Below are positions 1 through 8,053 of a stretch of 24,000 bases of DNA, in pieces. The notes beneath the pieces were generated by a model, which ran no database searches, was not told the origin of the DNA, and saw only the letters and a list, made by a program, of their open reading frames with translations. A program made the translations under genes and the position numbers. The number at the start of each line of letters is the position of its first letter. The first letter of the stretch is position 1. The DNA is from Escherichia coli (GTDB lineage: Bacteria; Pseudomonadota; Gammaproteobacteria; Enterobacterales; Enterobacteriaceae), in assembly GCF_048162985.1 (NCBI RefSeq), contig NZ_CP182371.1; one strand, written 5' to 3'.

Positions 1-828
1 AGTGCACTATGCGGATGCCATTCGTTATAATGCTCGAACGCCTCTGCAAGGTTCTTTGCTGCCGTTAACCCGTCTGGTTTAGGCATGATACTGATGTAGT
101 CACGCTTTATCGTTTTCACGAAGCTCTCTGCTATGCCGTTACTCTCCGGACTCCGCACCGCCGTGCTCTTCGGTTCAAGCCCCAACATCCGGGCAAACTG
201 CCGTGTTTCATTAGCCCGGTAGCATGAACCATTATCCGTCAGCCACTCTACTGGAGACGCCGGAAGATCGTTGCCGAAGCGGCGTTCCACCGCTCCTGGC
301 ATGACGTCCTGTACTGTTTCACTGTTGAAGCCGCCCGTAGTGACCGCCCAGTGCAGTGCCTCACGGTCACAGCAGTCCAGCGCGAACGTGACTCGCAGTT
401 TTTCTCCGTTATCACAGCGGAACTCGAACCCGTCAGAGCACCATCGCTGATTACTTTCTTTCACAGCCACTCTGCCTGTATGTGCCCGTTTCGATGGCGG
501 TACAGCAGGTTTTCGCTCAAGCAACAGCGCATTCTGGCGCATGATCCGGTAAACACGTTTGGCATTGATCGCAGGCATACCATCAAGTTCTGCCTGTCTG
601 CGAAGCAGCGCCCATACCCGACGATAACCATACGTGGGCAGCTCTCCGATAACATGGTGTATACGGAGAAGCACATCCGTATCATCAGTGTGACGACTGC
701 GGCGGCCATCCATCCAGTCATCGGTTCGTCTGAGAATGACGTGCAACTGCGCACGCGACACCCGGAGACAACGGCTGACTAAGCTTACTCCCCATCCCCG
801 GGCAATAAGGGCGCGTGCGCTATCCACT
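1..828 (-). CDS. insD: IS2 transposase OrfB (InsD), partial: C-terminus lies off the window
   Basis: Reverse strand reads from GTG at 828 as (V/M)[14 protein letters not shown]... through to ...[17 protein letters not shown](L) at position 1. Not in the ORF track because it is incomplete. Confidence 0.92.
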
Positions 829-1150
829 TTTTTGCCCGTCCATATTCAACGGCTTCTTTGAGGAGTTCATTTTCCATCGTTTTTTTGCCGAGCAGGCGCT
901 GGAGTTCTTTAATCTGCTTCATGGCAGCAGCAAGTTCAGAGGCAGGAACGACCTGTTCTCCTGCGGCCACAGCAGTAAGACTTCCCTCCTGGTATTGCTT
1001 GCGCCAGAGAAATAGCTGGCTGGCTGCCACACCGTGTTGCCGGGCTACAAGGGAGACCGTCATTCCCGGTTCAAAACTCTGCTGAACAATTGCGATCTTT
1101 TCCTGTGTGGTACGCCGTCTGCGTTTCTCCGGCCCTAAGACATCAATCAT
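785..1150 (-). CDS. insC: IS2 OrfA (InsC)
   Basis: [56 protein letters not shown]..., 121 aa. The track ORF 785..1195 is the same frame with a 15-aa 5' over-extension. Confidence 0.93.
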
Positions 1151-1384
1151 CTGTTCTCCAATGACTAGTCTAAAAACTAGTATTAAGACTATCACTTATT
1201 TAAGTGATATTGGTTGTCTGGAGATTCAGGGGGGCAGGAAGGATGTTTACGAACAAAGTAAGGGGTCTGTCGGATACTGGGTGGCGATGATCCGCCGTCA
1301 CAGTGGTGAGCCGTAATGTTCCGCACTGCGCGGATATCCTGAAACATGTTCTGTTAATGTTACCTGGTTCAGAAGAGATAAACA

Positions 1385-2443
1385 GTGAGCAGCAGGAAAG
1401 AGAAAAATACGCCCACGCCGCATGATGCCGCCTTCAGGGCGTTTATGGCCTCAGCAGAGGTGGCCCGTGATTTTGTTGAACTGCATCTTCCGGCGGAATA
1501 CCGGCAGTTGTGTGATCTGTCGACGCTGCGGCTGGAGCCCTGTACCTTTGTGGACCAGGATCTGAAACAGTATGCGTGCGATGCGCTGTTCAGCATGAAG
1601 ACCGTCAGCGGTGAGGAGGGGTATATTTATTGCCTCGCGGAACACCAGAGTACGGAAAACGCGTTTATGGCGTTCAGGATGCTCAGATATGCGGTGGCGG
1701 CGATGCAGCGTCACTTTGAACAGCACCATGAGCTGCCGCTGGTGATCCCGCTGTTATTCTACCACGGTGAGCGGAGCCCGTACCCGTACAGCATGAACTG
1801 GCTGGAGTGTTTCAGAAATCCGGAACTTGCTGCTAAAATCTACACCAGACCGTTCCACCTGGTGGACGTGACGGTACTGGATGACGATGAGATAATGCAA
1901 CACCGCCGAATGGGGGCACTGACGCTGCTGATGAAACACAGCCGCAGCCGCGACATCATGCTGCAGATGGACAGGCTGGTTCAGCTGATACAGACTTCAC
2001 TGAATGAAGAGCTGGCGAAGGCTCTGTTCCACTATCTGCTGAACGGCAGTGAACATGTGACGGTAAGGTTTTTGCAGACGCTGGCGGAGCGGCTGCCACA
2101 GCATGAGGGCAACATAATGACACTGGCTGAACAACTGAAGCAGGAAGGGGAAGTCAAGGGATTTGAGCGCGGTATTGCCCAGGGTATGGAGCGCGGTAAG
2201 CTAGAAGGCAGAATGGAAGGCAGAATGGAAGGCAGAATGGAAGGCAGAATGGAAGGCAGAATGGAAGGCAGAATGGAAGGCCGTGCCGAAGGGCGACTCG
2301 AAGGACAACTGGAAGGCAAACTGGAAACGGCGCGTAATATGTTGGCTGAAGGAATGGGGCTTCAGACCATCATGAAAATCACGGGATTGAGTGAAGAACA
2401 GCTGAAAAAATCAGCCACTGAAGCATTGAGGCGTGATGTATAG
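1385..2443 (+). CDS. Rpn family (YhgA-like) PD-(D/E)XK recombination-promoting nuclease / putative transposase
   Basis: HDAAFRAFMASAEVARDFVELHLPAEYRQLCDLSTLRLEPCTFVDQDLKQYACDALFSMK...YIYCLAEHQST...LPLVIPLLFYHGERSPYP is the characteristic Rpn/YhgA N-terminal domain. GTG start. Confidence 0.88.
   Translation: MSSRKEKNTPTPHDAAFRAFMASAEVARDFVELHLPAEYRQLCDLSTLRLEPCTFVDQDLKQYACDALFSMKTVSGEEGYIYCLAEHQSTENAFMAFRMLRYAVAAMQRHFEQHHELPLVIPLLFYHGERSPYPYSMNWLECFRNPELAAKIYTRPFHLVDVTVLDDDEIMQHRRMGALTLLMKHSRSRDIMLQMDRLVQLIQTSLNEELAKALFHYLLNGSEHVTVRFLQTLAERLPQHEGNIMTLAEQLKQEGEVKGFERGIAQGMERGKLEGRMEGRMEGRMEGRMEGRMEGRMEGRAEGRLEGQLEGKLETARNMLAEGMGLQTIMKITGLSEEQLKKSATEALRRDV
2204..2275 (+). repeat. 12-bp in-frame tandem repeat, six copies of gaaggcagaatg (EGRM), followed by four degenerate units to 2323
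   Basis: Read directly from sequence. Six identical 12-mers, then gaaggccgtgcc, gaagggcgactc, gaaggacaactg, gaaggcaaactg. Confidence 0.97.
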
Positions 2444-2891
2444 CACGCCTCGTTCTGTCTGACAGTATTTTGTTTCCTGTGTATTTGGTCGTTTCAGGTC
2501 AACCTTTGTCGGGAGCCTGGCGTTGGTACCTGCTGAGGAAAGAGGGAACTGGACGCAGAGTGACAGTCTGCGAATTGCAGGAAGAGGATGCGAAAGTGTT
2601 CGCTTCTTCCATTGTGTCCCTGATTTAAATTCGGATACTCAAATCTGAAGCGGTGACTCGTATACGTGTGAGTCACCGGGACTACCGCTTGAGTGATGAA
2701 AAATAGTCGTGTTAACGCAAAGCTGAAGTGACACATCTTATTTCAGCGAATGCGTTTGACCGCCTTACTATACACTTTTGAGCATTCTCTTTTCCTGACG
2801 GAAACCACGAAGACGACAATCTTCTCGTCTATAACCTGATATACAAGGCAAAAAACCGTCAAGAGCAGGAGCAGGCGGTCCGCCAGACAGT

Positions 2892-3215
2892 CCATTGCAT
2901 AAGGCTATCAGCTATATCCTGAAACGACCTGATGAGCTGTGCCGTTTTCTGGATGATGGCTCTGTGCCACCGGACAACAATATCTGCGAACGAGCCATCC
3001 GCCCGGTCACGCTGGGGCGAAAGGCATGGTTATTCGCAGGCTCGCTGATGGCCGGCAAACGCGCGGCACAGATAATGAGTCTTCTGGAAACAGCAAAGCG
3101 TAATGGTCTGGAGCCACATGCCTGGCTGACGGACGTACTGACGCGCCTGCCGGAGTGGCCTGAGGACCGACTGGCTGAGCTGCTGCCTCTTGAGGGATTT
3201 ACCTTCTCCGGGTGA
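2892..3215 (+). pseudogene. IS66-family TnpC transposase, C-terminal fragment
   Basis: PLHKAISYILKRPDELCRFLDDGSVPPDNNICERAIRPVTLGRKAWLFAGSLMAGKRAAQIMSLLETAKRNGLEPHAWLTDVLTRLPEW... is the conserved IS66 transposase C-terminus. The N-terminus is absent. Confidence 0.85.
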
Positions 3216-3563
3216 CACAACACCTGCCGTCAGGTCTTTGCACACCGGGCCATGGCCTGCTGTCGGGCGTTGAGCGCCTGACAGCGGGTTATTGAGAAAG
3301 TCAGTCACCATGCGCCTGGCTGACAGTCAGGACCTGCACGTCAGCGCCTCCCTTACCCTGGTCAGGACTTCACTGCCTGCCACAAACTCCCGTGTCAGTA
3401 CTTCGCGGCCTGACGCGCTCACCCTACTCAGTCCTTCAGAGCCCGCCTCCGGTACCTGGCAAGGCAGACGCCGGGGCGCAATAAAATAAATCAACCATCG
3501 CAGGGCGGCGATCATTCGCAACAACCGCTGATGACGAGCCCAGAAACGTGTCAAGACGATTTC

Positions 3564-3698
3564 ACCGGAACCGTTTACCCCAAGCAGAGCGGCAATAGAT
3601 CCGCCTGGTACTGTGAAGGATGCATCGCGCAGTGCTTTCTGCCCGTTTCGCCAGGTGACAGTAACGCCATTAACGACAATACCCGCAGATTGCATCAT
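3564..3698 (-). pseudogene. sitB: SitB (iron/manganese ABC transporter ATPase), N-terminal ~45 aa only; truncated within the Walker A motif
   Basis: MMQSAGIVVNGVTVTWRNGQKALRDASFTVPGGSIAALLGVNGSG matches the SitB N-terminus. It then switches to unrelated EIVLTRFWARHQRLL... where K-S/T of Walker A should be. The start overlaps the sitA stop by 1 nt, as expected for the operon. Confidence 0.83.
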
Positions 3699-4612
3699 TA
3701 CTTCTCCCTTTTCCCGGCTTTAATTCCCTGCACCAGCGTACTGGTAGTAACCTTCAGAAGGTCGATATACGTAGGTACCGGGCCGTTTTCTGTGCTCAGG
3801 GAATCGACATAGAGCACACCGCCGTAGTGTGCGCCGGTTTCACGCGCAACCTGACGCGCTGGTTTATCGGAAACCGTACTCTCACTAAATACCGCTGGGA
3901 TATTATTTTTCTTCACTATATCAACCACTTTACGTACCTGCTGGGGTGTTCCTTGTTGATCGGCATTTATCGGCCACAGATAAAGCTCTTTTAGCCCCAA
4001 ATCGCGTGCGAGATAAGAAAAAGCCCCTTCACTGGTGACCATCCATCTTTTATTCTCAGGGAGTTCAGCAATCTGCTTACGCAGGGGGGCAAGGGTTTGG
4101 GTAATCTTGGCTTTATAAGTATCGGCATTACGTTGGTATGTTTTTGCATTTGCCGGATCGTATTTTATCAACGCATCACGAATATTATCGACGTAAATCA
4201 AAGCATTATCTGGCGACATCCAGGCATGAGGGTTAGGTTTTCCCTCGTAGGGGCCTTCGGTGATCCCTACTGGCGTCACACCCGAAGAGACAATCACTTC
4301 TGGAACCCCACTGAGATGCTGGTAAAAGCGCTGGAACCACAATTCCAGATTCATACCGTTGGCGAGAATCAGTTGTGCCCCCTGCGCACGTTTAATATCG
4401 CCAGGGGTAGGCTGATACTCATGAATTTCTGCACCGGGCCTGGTTATGGATGAGACTTCTGCAGCATCTCCAGCCACGTTTTTGGCCATATCTGCGATGA
4501 TGGTAAATGTTGTAATGACCTTGAATTTTTCAGTTGCACTCGCCTGAAATGCTATCGAGCAGGTGAGGGCGAGGCACCCCAGGAGCATGGTTACTTTTTT
4601 TATTGAGTGCAT
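3698..4612 (-). CDS. sitA: SitA, periplasmic iron/manganese-binding protein
   Basis: 304 aa, signal peptide, cluster A-I metal-binding protein sequence (KFKVITTFTIIADMAKNVAGDAAEVSSITRPGAEIHEYQPTPGDIKRAQGAQLILANGMNLELWFQRF...). Confidence 0.93.
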   Translation of the reverse strand: MHSIKKVTMLLGCLALTCSIAFQASATEKFKVITTFTIIADMAKNVAGDAAEVSSITRPGAEIHEYQPTPGDIKRAQGAQLILANGMNLELWFQRFYQHLSGVPEVIVSSGVTPVGITEGPYEGKPNPHAWMSPDNALIYVDNIRDALIKYDPANAKTYQRNADTYKAKITQTLAPLRKQIAELPENKRWMVTSEGAFSYLARDLGLKELYLWPINADQQGTPQQVRKVVDIVKKNNIPAVFSESTVSDKPARQVARETGAHYGGVLYVDSLSTENGPVPTYIDLLKVTTSTLVQGIKAGKREK

Positions 4613-4644
4613 AATTCAGTACCTATAGTGAGTAAAATTAGAAC

Positions 4645-4666
4645 AAACATAGCAACGGCTATGTTT
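4645..4666. promoter_or_regulatory. MntR box upstream of sitA
   Basis: AAACATAGCAACGGCTATGTTT: 9-bp perfect inverted arms around a 4-nt centre, matching the established MntR operator pattern. Confidence 0.87.
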
Positions 4667-4688
4667 TATAGCATAAGCTATACACAAT

Positions 4689-4707
4689 GCAAATGATTAT
4701 CATTAGT
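4689..4707. promoter_or_regulatory. Fur box upstream of sitA
   Basis: Reverse complement ACTAATGATAATCATTTGC matches 15 of 19 positions of GATAATGATAATCATTATC. Confidence 0.78.
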
Positions 4708-4807
4708 AATTCAGACCCCAACACAGGCATTAGGTTGTTTCCTGCTGGCGATGTGGTATTGAGGAAAAGCGTAGGACAGATATCAGGCTTTGAAAGTAAG
4801 TGTTAAG

Positions 4808-4990
4808 TTAAGCGAACGCCGTATTGACGCTTACCCCAATGGGAGCACCATATTCCATGGCAGGAGTTCATCAACCATGCAGGAAGGCCATTCCGGTAGA
4901 ACGTTCAGGATATGGCGCAGATACGCTTCCGGATCGATACCGTTCAACCGACAGGTTCCGATTAGTCCGTACAGCAGGGTACCACGCATT
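4808..4990 (-). pseudogene. IS66-family TnpC, extreme C-terminal fragment
   Basis: Reverse strand reads TLLYGLIGTCRLNGIDPEAYLRHILNVLPEWPSCMVDELLPWNMVLPLG...*, an IS66 transposase C-terminal tail. Confidence 0.85.
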
Positions 4991-5004
4991 CCCCCCAGGT
5001 CAGT

Positions 5005-5215
5005 TCACGAATTAACACAGTGAGCAGTTCTGGTGAAGAATTTTCCAGCGTCATTTTACCGTGACGGAACGAGATCTTTCAGGCACCTGCACTGACAGTG
5101 CTGTGTGAAGGAGTGGATAAAAGTGGAGTAAGAGCCACCATCGGTTCTTTCTGCTCATCCGGAGTGAGCTCTACAGGTAATAATTCAACGCCAGCGCCAG
5201 TAAAGGATAGTTAAT
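5005..5215 (-). pseudogene. Probable IS66-family OrfA C-terminal remnant, abutting the TnpC tail
   Basis: Reverse strand reads ...ELLPVELTPDEQKEPMVALTPLLS... (one frame) and FRHGKMTLENSSPELLTVLIREL (another frame), resembling the IS66 OrfA C-terminus with a frameshift. Confidence 0.55.
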
Positions 5216-5589
5216 TTTCATATCTTATCCACCTCCCGGATTATTATGCGATGTTAATTAAAGTGGTGAAAGAATGACAGTAATCACAGAAAATAAAAAT
5301 AACAGACAAAAGACTTTTACTTATTTGATCGTAATATTATCTTAATTGTTCTGGTATTTTTTAGTGTTTTTTTGAAATGTCTGTTACGTGAGAAATTTTT
5401 TAAATAACAGCAGGAAATGACGCATACAGGTTGTGTGACTGAGTGGATTCTGTGTTGGTATAAAAAGCGAACGTTTACAGTTTTGTCAAATTTTTTGATT
5501 ATGAATGTCAGAAATATCTGGTCAATTGATGGTGTCGACTCAACGATAATAGTTTCTTCATTATCTGTTATCGTTTAACGAGGTTTTTT

Positions 5590-6024
5590 ATGCCAGCAAG
5601 AATAAATATGTTCTTTACCAGACTGACAGACTACCCGGATACAGGTCTTCTGTTGCTGAGACTGACATTTGGTATATTGATGCTGTTCCATGGTGTGGCC
5701 AAAATAGAGCACGGTGTCAACTGGATTATATCAATGTTGCAGGATGCTGGTTTGCCAGGATTTATTGCCTATGGTGTGTATATTGGTGAAATCGTGGCTC
5801 CGGTACTTATCATTCTTGGGATATTTACCAGACCTGCTGCTCTGATTTATGCGCTGACACTGATTGTTGCCACGCTTCTGGTCGGAACAGGGAAGTTTTT
5901 CACACTGACTGAAGTAGGGGCGTGGGGGCTTGAAAATGAAATGCTGTATTTCATGGGGGGGATTGCCATTATGTTACTTGGTCCGGGGCAGTATTCTGTA
6001 TTAACCAGGACATCACTGAGATAA
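5590..6024 (+). CDS. DoxX family membrane protein
   Basis: 144 aa with four hydrophobic segments; TGLLLLRLTFGILMLFHGVAKIEHG and ENEMLYFMGGIAIMLLGPGQYS are typical DoxX/YphA-like motifs. Confidence 0.78.
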   Translation: MPARINMFFTRLTDYPDTGLLLLRLTFGILMLFHGVAKIEHGVNWIISMLQDAGLPGFIAYGVYIGEIVAPVLIILGIFTRPAALIYALTLIVATLLVGTGKFFTLTEVGAWGLENEMLYFMGGIAIMLLGPGQYSVLTRTSLR

Positions 6025-6148
6025 AGGTTTCCATCTGATTACAGACAGTGTCCTCCGGGGAGTTATAACAAAAAGTGCGCGATCCCGGCAATGAAGGCAA
6101 ACACGTCATGACAGCAACGCAAAATAAACCAGGAACGCGCAGTATTTT

Positions 6149-6442
6149 TTATCCCGAATGAAAGCGATTGTCCATATCCGGTAATAAATATTCAGCAGTA
6201 TGTAAAGTGCGGTTTGCCCGGTTCTGGTGGAGGGGCTCCAGATAGACATCATCAACAAACACACACGGGAAGTTATCCACCGGGCAGCCTGCACGGTCAG
6301 CCATATCCCGCAGCGTCACACTGTGCTTCGCGACATCAATAAACACAACATCCGGTTCCATTTCATCGGGGATTCGCGTTGCGTGATGCATGATGCGATG
6401 GACTGAAGGGCAGTGCCGGTAACCAAAAACACGTATACGCAT
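6149..6442 (-). CDS. Hypothetical protein (97 aa)
   Basis: Intact ORF, MRIRVFGYRHCPSVHRIMHHATRIPDEMEPDVVFIDVAKHSVTLRDMADRAGCPVDNFPCVFVDDVYLEPL... No family confidently recognised. Confidence 0.45.
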   Translation of the reverse strand: MRIRVFGYRHCPSVHRIMHHATRIPDEMEPDVVFIDVAKHSVTLRDMADRAGCPVDNFPCVFVDDVYLEPLHQNRANRTLHTAEYLLPDMDNRFHSG

Positions 6443-6765
6443 GATGTACCTCCTGGTTGCAGGGTGACTGTATCATCAGACCTTATCATGCGTTTAAAAA
6501 ATGTCCGGCAACTCACACTTTTCGGTAAGGAGGTGGCTATTACTGCAAATGATGATGTCTCGGTTTTTATTTTTTATTCAATATTTTCATCCTGTTATTG
6601 TTATTATGTTTGTCCATACCCTGTGTGGTTCCCCGTTCTTTACATTCAGGCACTTCCGTTTCCTTTAACGTTTTCGTTACTCTCTGAAGCTTGTGGTATC
6701 TGTGATGGCTGATTCCTGCCGTCATACTGCGAAATTCCGGATATCAGACCGTGGAGGATTCTGCC

Positions 6766-7338
6766 ATGCAACGCTGGTTTCTGCCTTTTCTTTCGACTCT
6801 GTTGCTGTTACAGGGTTGTGTTGCCGCTGCGCTGGTCGGTACGGCTGCTGTGGGTACTAAAGTGTCAGTGGACCCCCGAAGTGCGGGAACGCAGATTGAT
6901 GATGAAATTCTGGAAGCAAGGGTCAGCCGTGCGCTGTCGAAGGACTCACAACTCAGGGGGGATGCGCGAATCATCGTCACAGCATACCAGGGCACTGTAC
7001 TGCTGACAGGGCAGGCACCAGACCGTAGTGCAGGTGAAAAAGCCCGTCAGATTGCAGATGGTGTTGAGGGGACTGTGCAGGTATGGAATGAAATAAGGAC
7101 GGGAAAACCACTTCGGGCTGATAAAACAGCTACTGATGCGTGGCTGACCACAAAAATCCGGGCACAGTTACTGAAGAGCAGCAGGGTGAAACTGTCAGAT
7201 GTAAAGGTACTGACGGAGAATGGTGAAGTCTTTCTTATGGGGAGAGTTACAGAGAAGGAAGGACAGGCTGCTGCTGATATCGCCAGTCGCGTGGCGGGGG
7301 TGAAACACGTCATCACCGCATTCAGTTATATACGATGA
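6766..7338 (+). CDS. BON-domain lipoprotein, YraP/DolP-like paralogue
   Basis: Track ORF 6751..7338; the likely start is the internal M of MQRWFLPFLSTLLLLQGC (lipobox). Body closely resembles DolP/YraP: VAAALVGTAAVGTKVSVDPRSAGTQIDDEILEARVSRALSKD...ARIIVTAYQGTVLLTGQ...TENGEVFLMGRVTE...AAADIASRVAGVKHVITAFSYI. Confidence 0.88.
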   Translation: MQRWFLPFLSTLLLLQGCVAAALVGTAAVGTKVSVDPRSAGTQIDDEILEARVSRALSKDSQLRGDARIIVTAYQGTVLLTGQAPDRSAGEKARQIADGVEGTVQVWNEIRTGKPLRADKTATDAWLTTKIRAQLLKSSRVKLSDVKVLTENGEVFLMGRVTEKEGQAAADIASRVAGVKHVITAFSYIR

Positions 7339-7384
7339 GTATGGAGAGCCTGTTCGTTCGGGCTCTGTATTCAACTTCACCCGT

Positions 7385-7738
7385 TCATCCCTGGCGTTGC
7401 CAGGTGGCACTTCCGTTCTTGCAGTCAACGCGCACACGATACTGAATATCTGCTTTCTTTCCACGGGCAGTGAGATGCACTGTGATGACATTATCACCTT
7501 TATTTACCGGCTCACGAAGATTCACCCAGACAACGGGACGCTGCTGACCGAGAATTTCCTGATCATCTTTCCACTGAAATACCTGTTTCTGGAGATAGTC
7601 CCGTTTGACGCTGGCTGCAACAGCTGATGCTTCCTGTACTTCACATCGTGGAAAACTGACGGTTCTGTTTTTTTCAGCGGCCAGTGATGATGCACAGATA
7701 CCGAAGATGAGCAGAATGGAAGAGAGTGCTTTGTTCAT
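7385..7738 (-). CDS. Small putative periplasmic protein of unknown function
   Basis: 117 aa; N-terminal signal peptide MNKALSSILLIFGICASSLAAE; convergent with the BON gene. Confidence 0.6.
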   Translation of the reverse strand: MNKALSSILLIFGICASSLAAEKNRTVSFPRCEVQEASAVAASVKRDYLQKQVFQWKDDQEILGQQRPVVWVNLREPVNKGDNVITVHLTARGKKADIQYRVRVDCKNGSATWQRQG

Positions 7739-7941
7739 TTACAGGACCTCCACAGGGGATAGTTTCATTGCGGAGTTACATTTTAACAACGTAAAACAGC
7801 ATTTCCCGTAACAATCCTCACATAACGTCTTATCCCGTCACTTCCCGTTTCACATGGACAGAACAGTCTGTTTTTTAACCCGTTTTTTCAGTCATTTCCA
7901 TAAACAAATCTTCGCTGACGATAAATCTTTTTTCTGCTTAA

Positions 7942-7960
7942 CGATCGATTTTGTCGATCG
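7942..7960. promoter_or_regulatory. Perfect inverted repeat CGATCGA-TTTTG-TCGATCG containing two GATC sites, with a third GATC at 7965-7968
   Basis: Read directly from sequence. A -10-like TACAAT follows at 7971-7976, upstream of the outer membrane protein gene. Confidence 0.5.
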
Positions 7961-8053
7961 ATACGATCTGTACAATTCATTTTACCAATGAGAAATCCGT
8001 CTTAAAATTGGACAAATTCATATGTCTGAAGGAAACATCAGGAGAGGTGGATT

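Larger units (their letters stand above)
1..1233 (-). mobile_element. IS2 (IS3 family), partial, continues off the left window edge
   Basis: OrfA and OrfB proteins match IS2. The end sequence ctatcacttatttaagtgatattggttgtctggagattcaggggg at about 1190-1233 is the reverse complement of the IS2 left terminal region. Confidence 0.93.

Noticed and set aside
351-782. Plus-strand 143-aa ORF and minus-strand 461-754 ORF
   Set aside because: Both overlap the recognised IS2 OrfB frame in other frames; spurious.
2032-2319. Minus-strand ORF with (ILPS)n repeats, MPSSCPSSRPSARPSILPSILPS...
   Set aside because: Mirror-image translation of the 12-bp tandem repeat in the Rpn-like gene; no independent coding support.
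3327-3698. Whole 123-aa minus-strand ORF as a functional protein
   Set aside because: Only the first ~45 aa match SitB; the rest is unrelated read-through with no ABC motifs.
4790-5023. Plus-strand ORFs 4790-5023 and 4824-5015
   Set aside because: Antisense to the IS66 TnpC tail; no homology seen.
6316-6712. ORFs 6316-6516 (-) and 6413-6712 (+)
   Set aside because: Overlap each other or the 6149-6442 ORF, lack recognisable domains and have no good ribosome-binding site.
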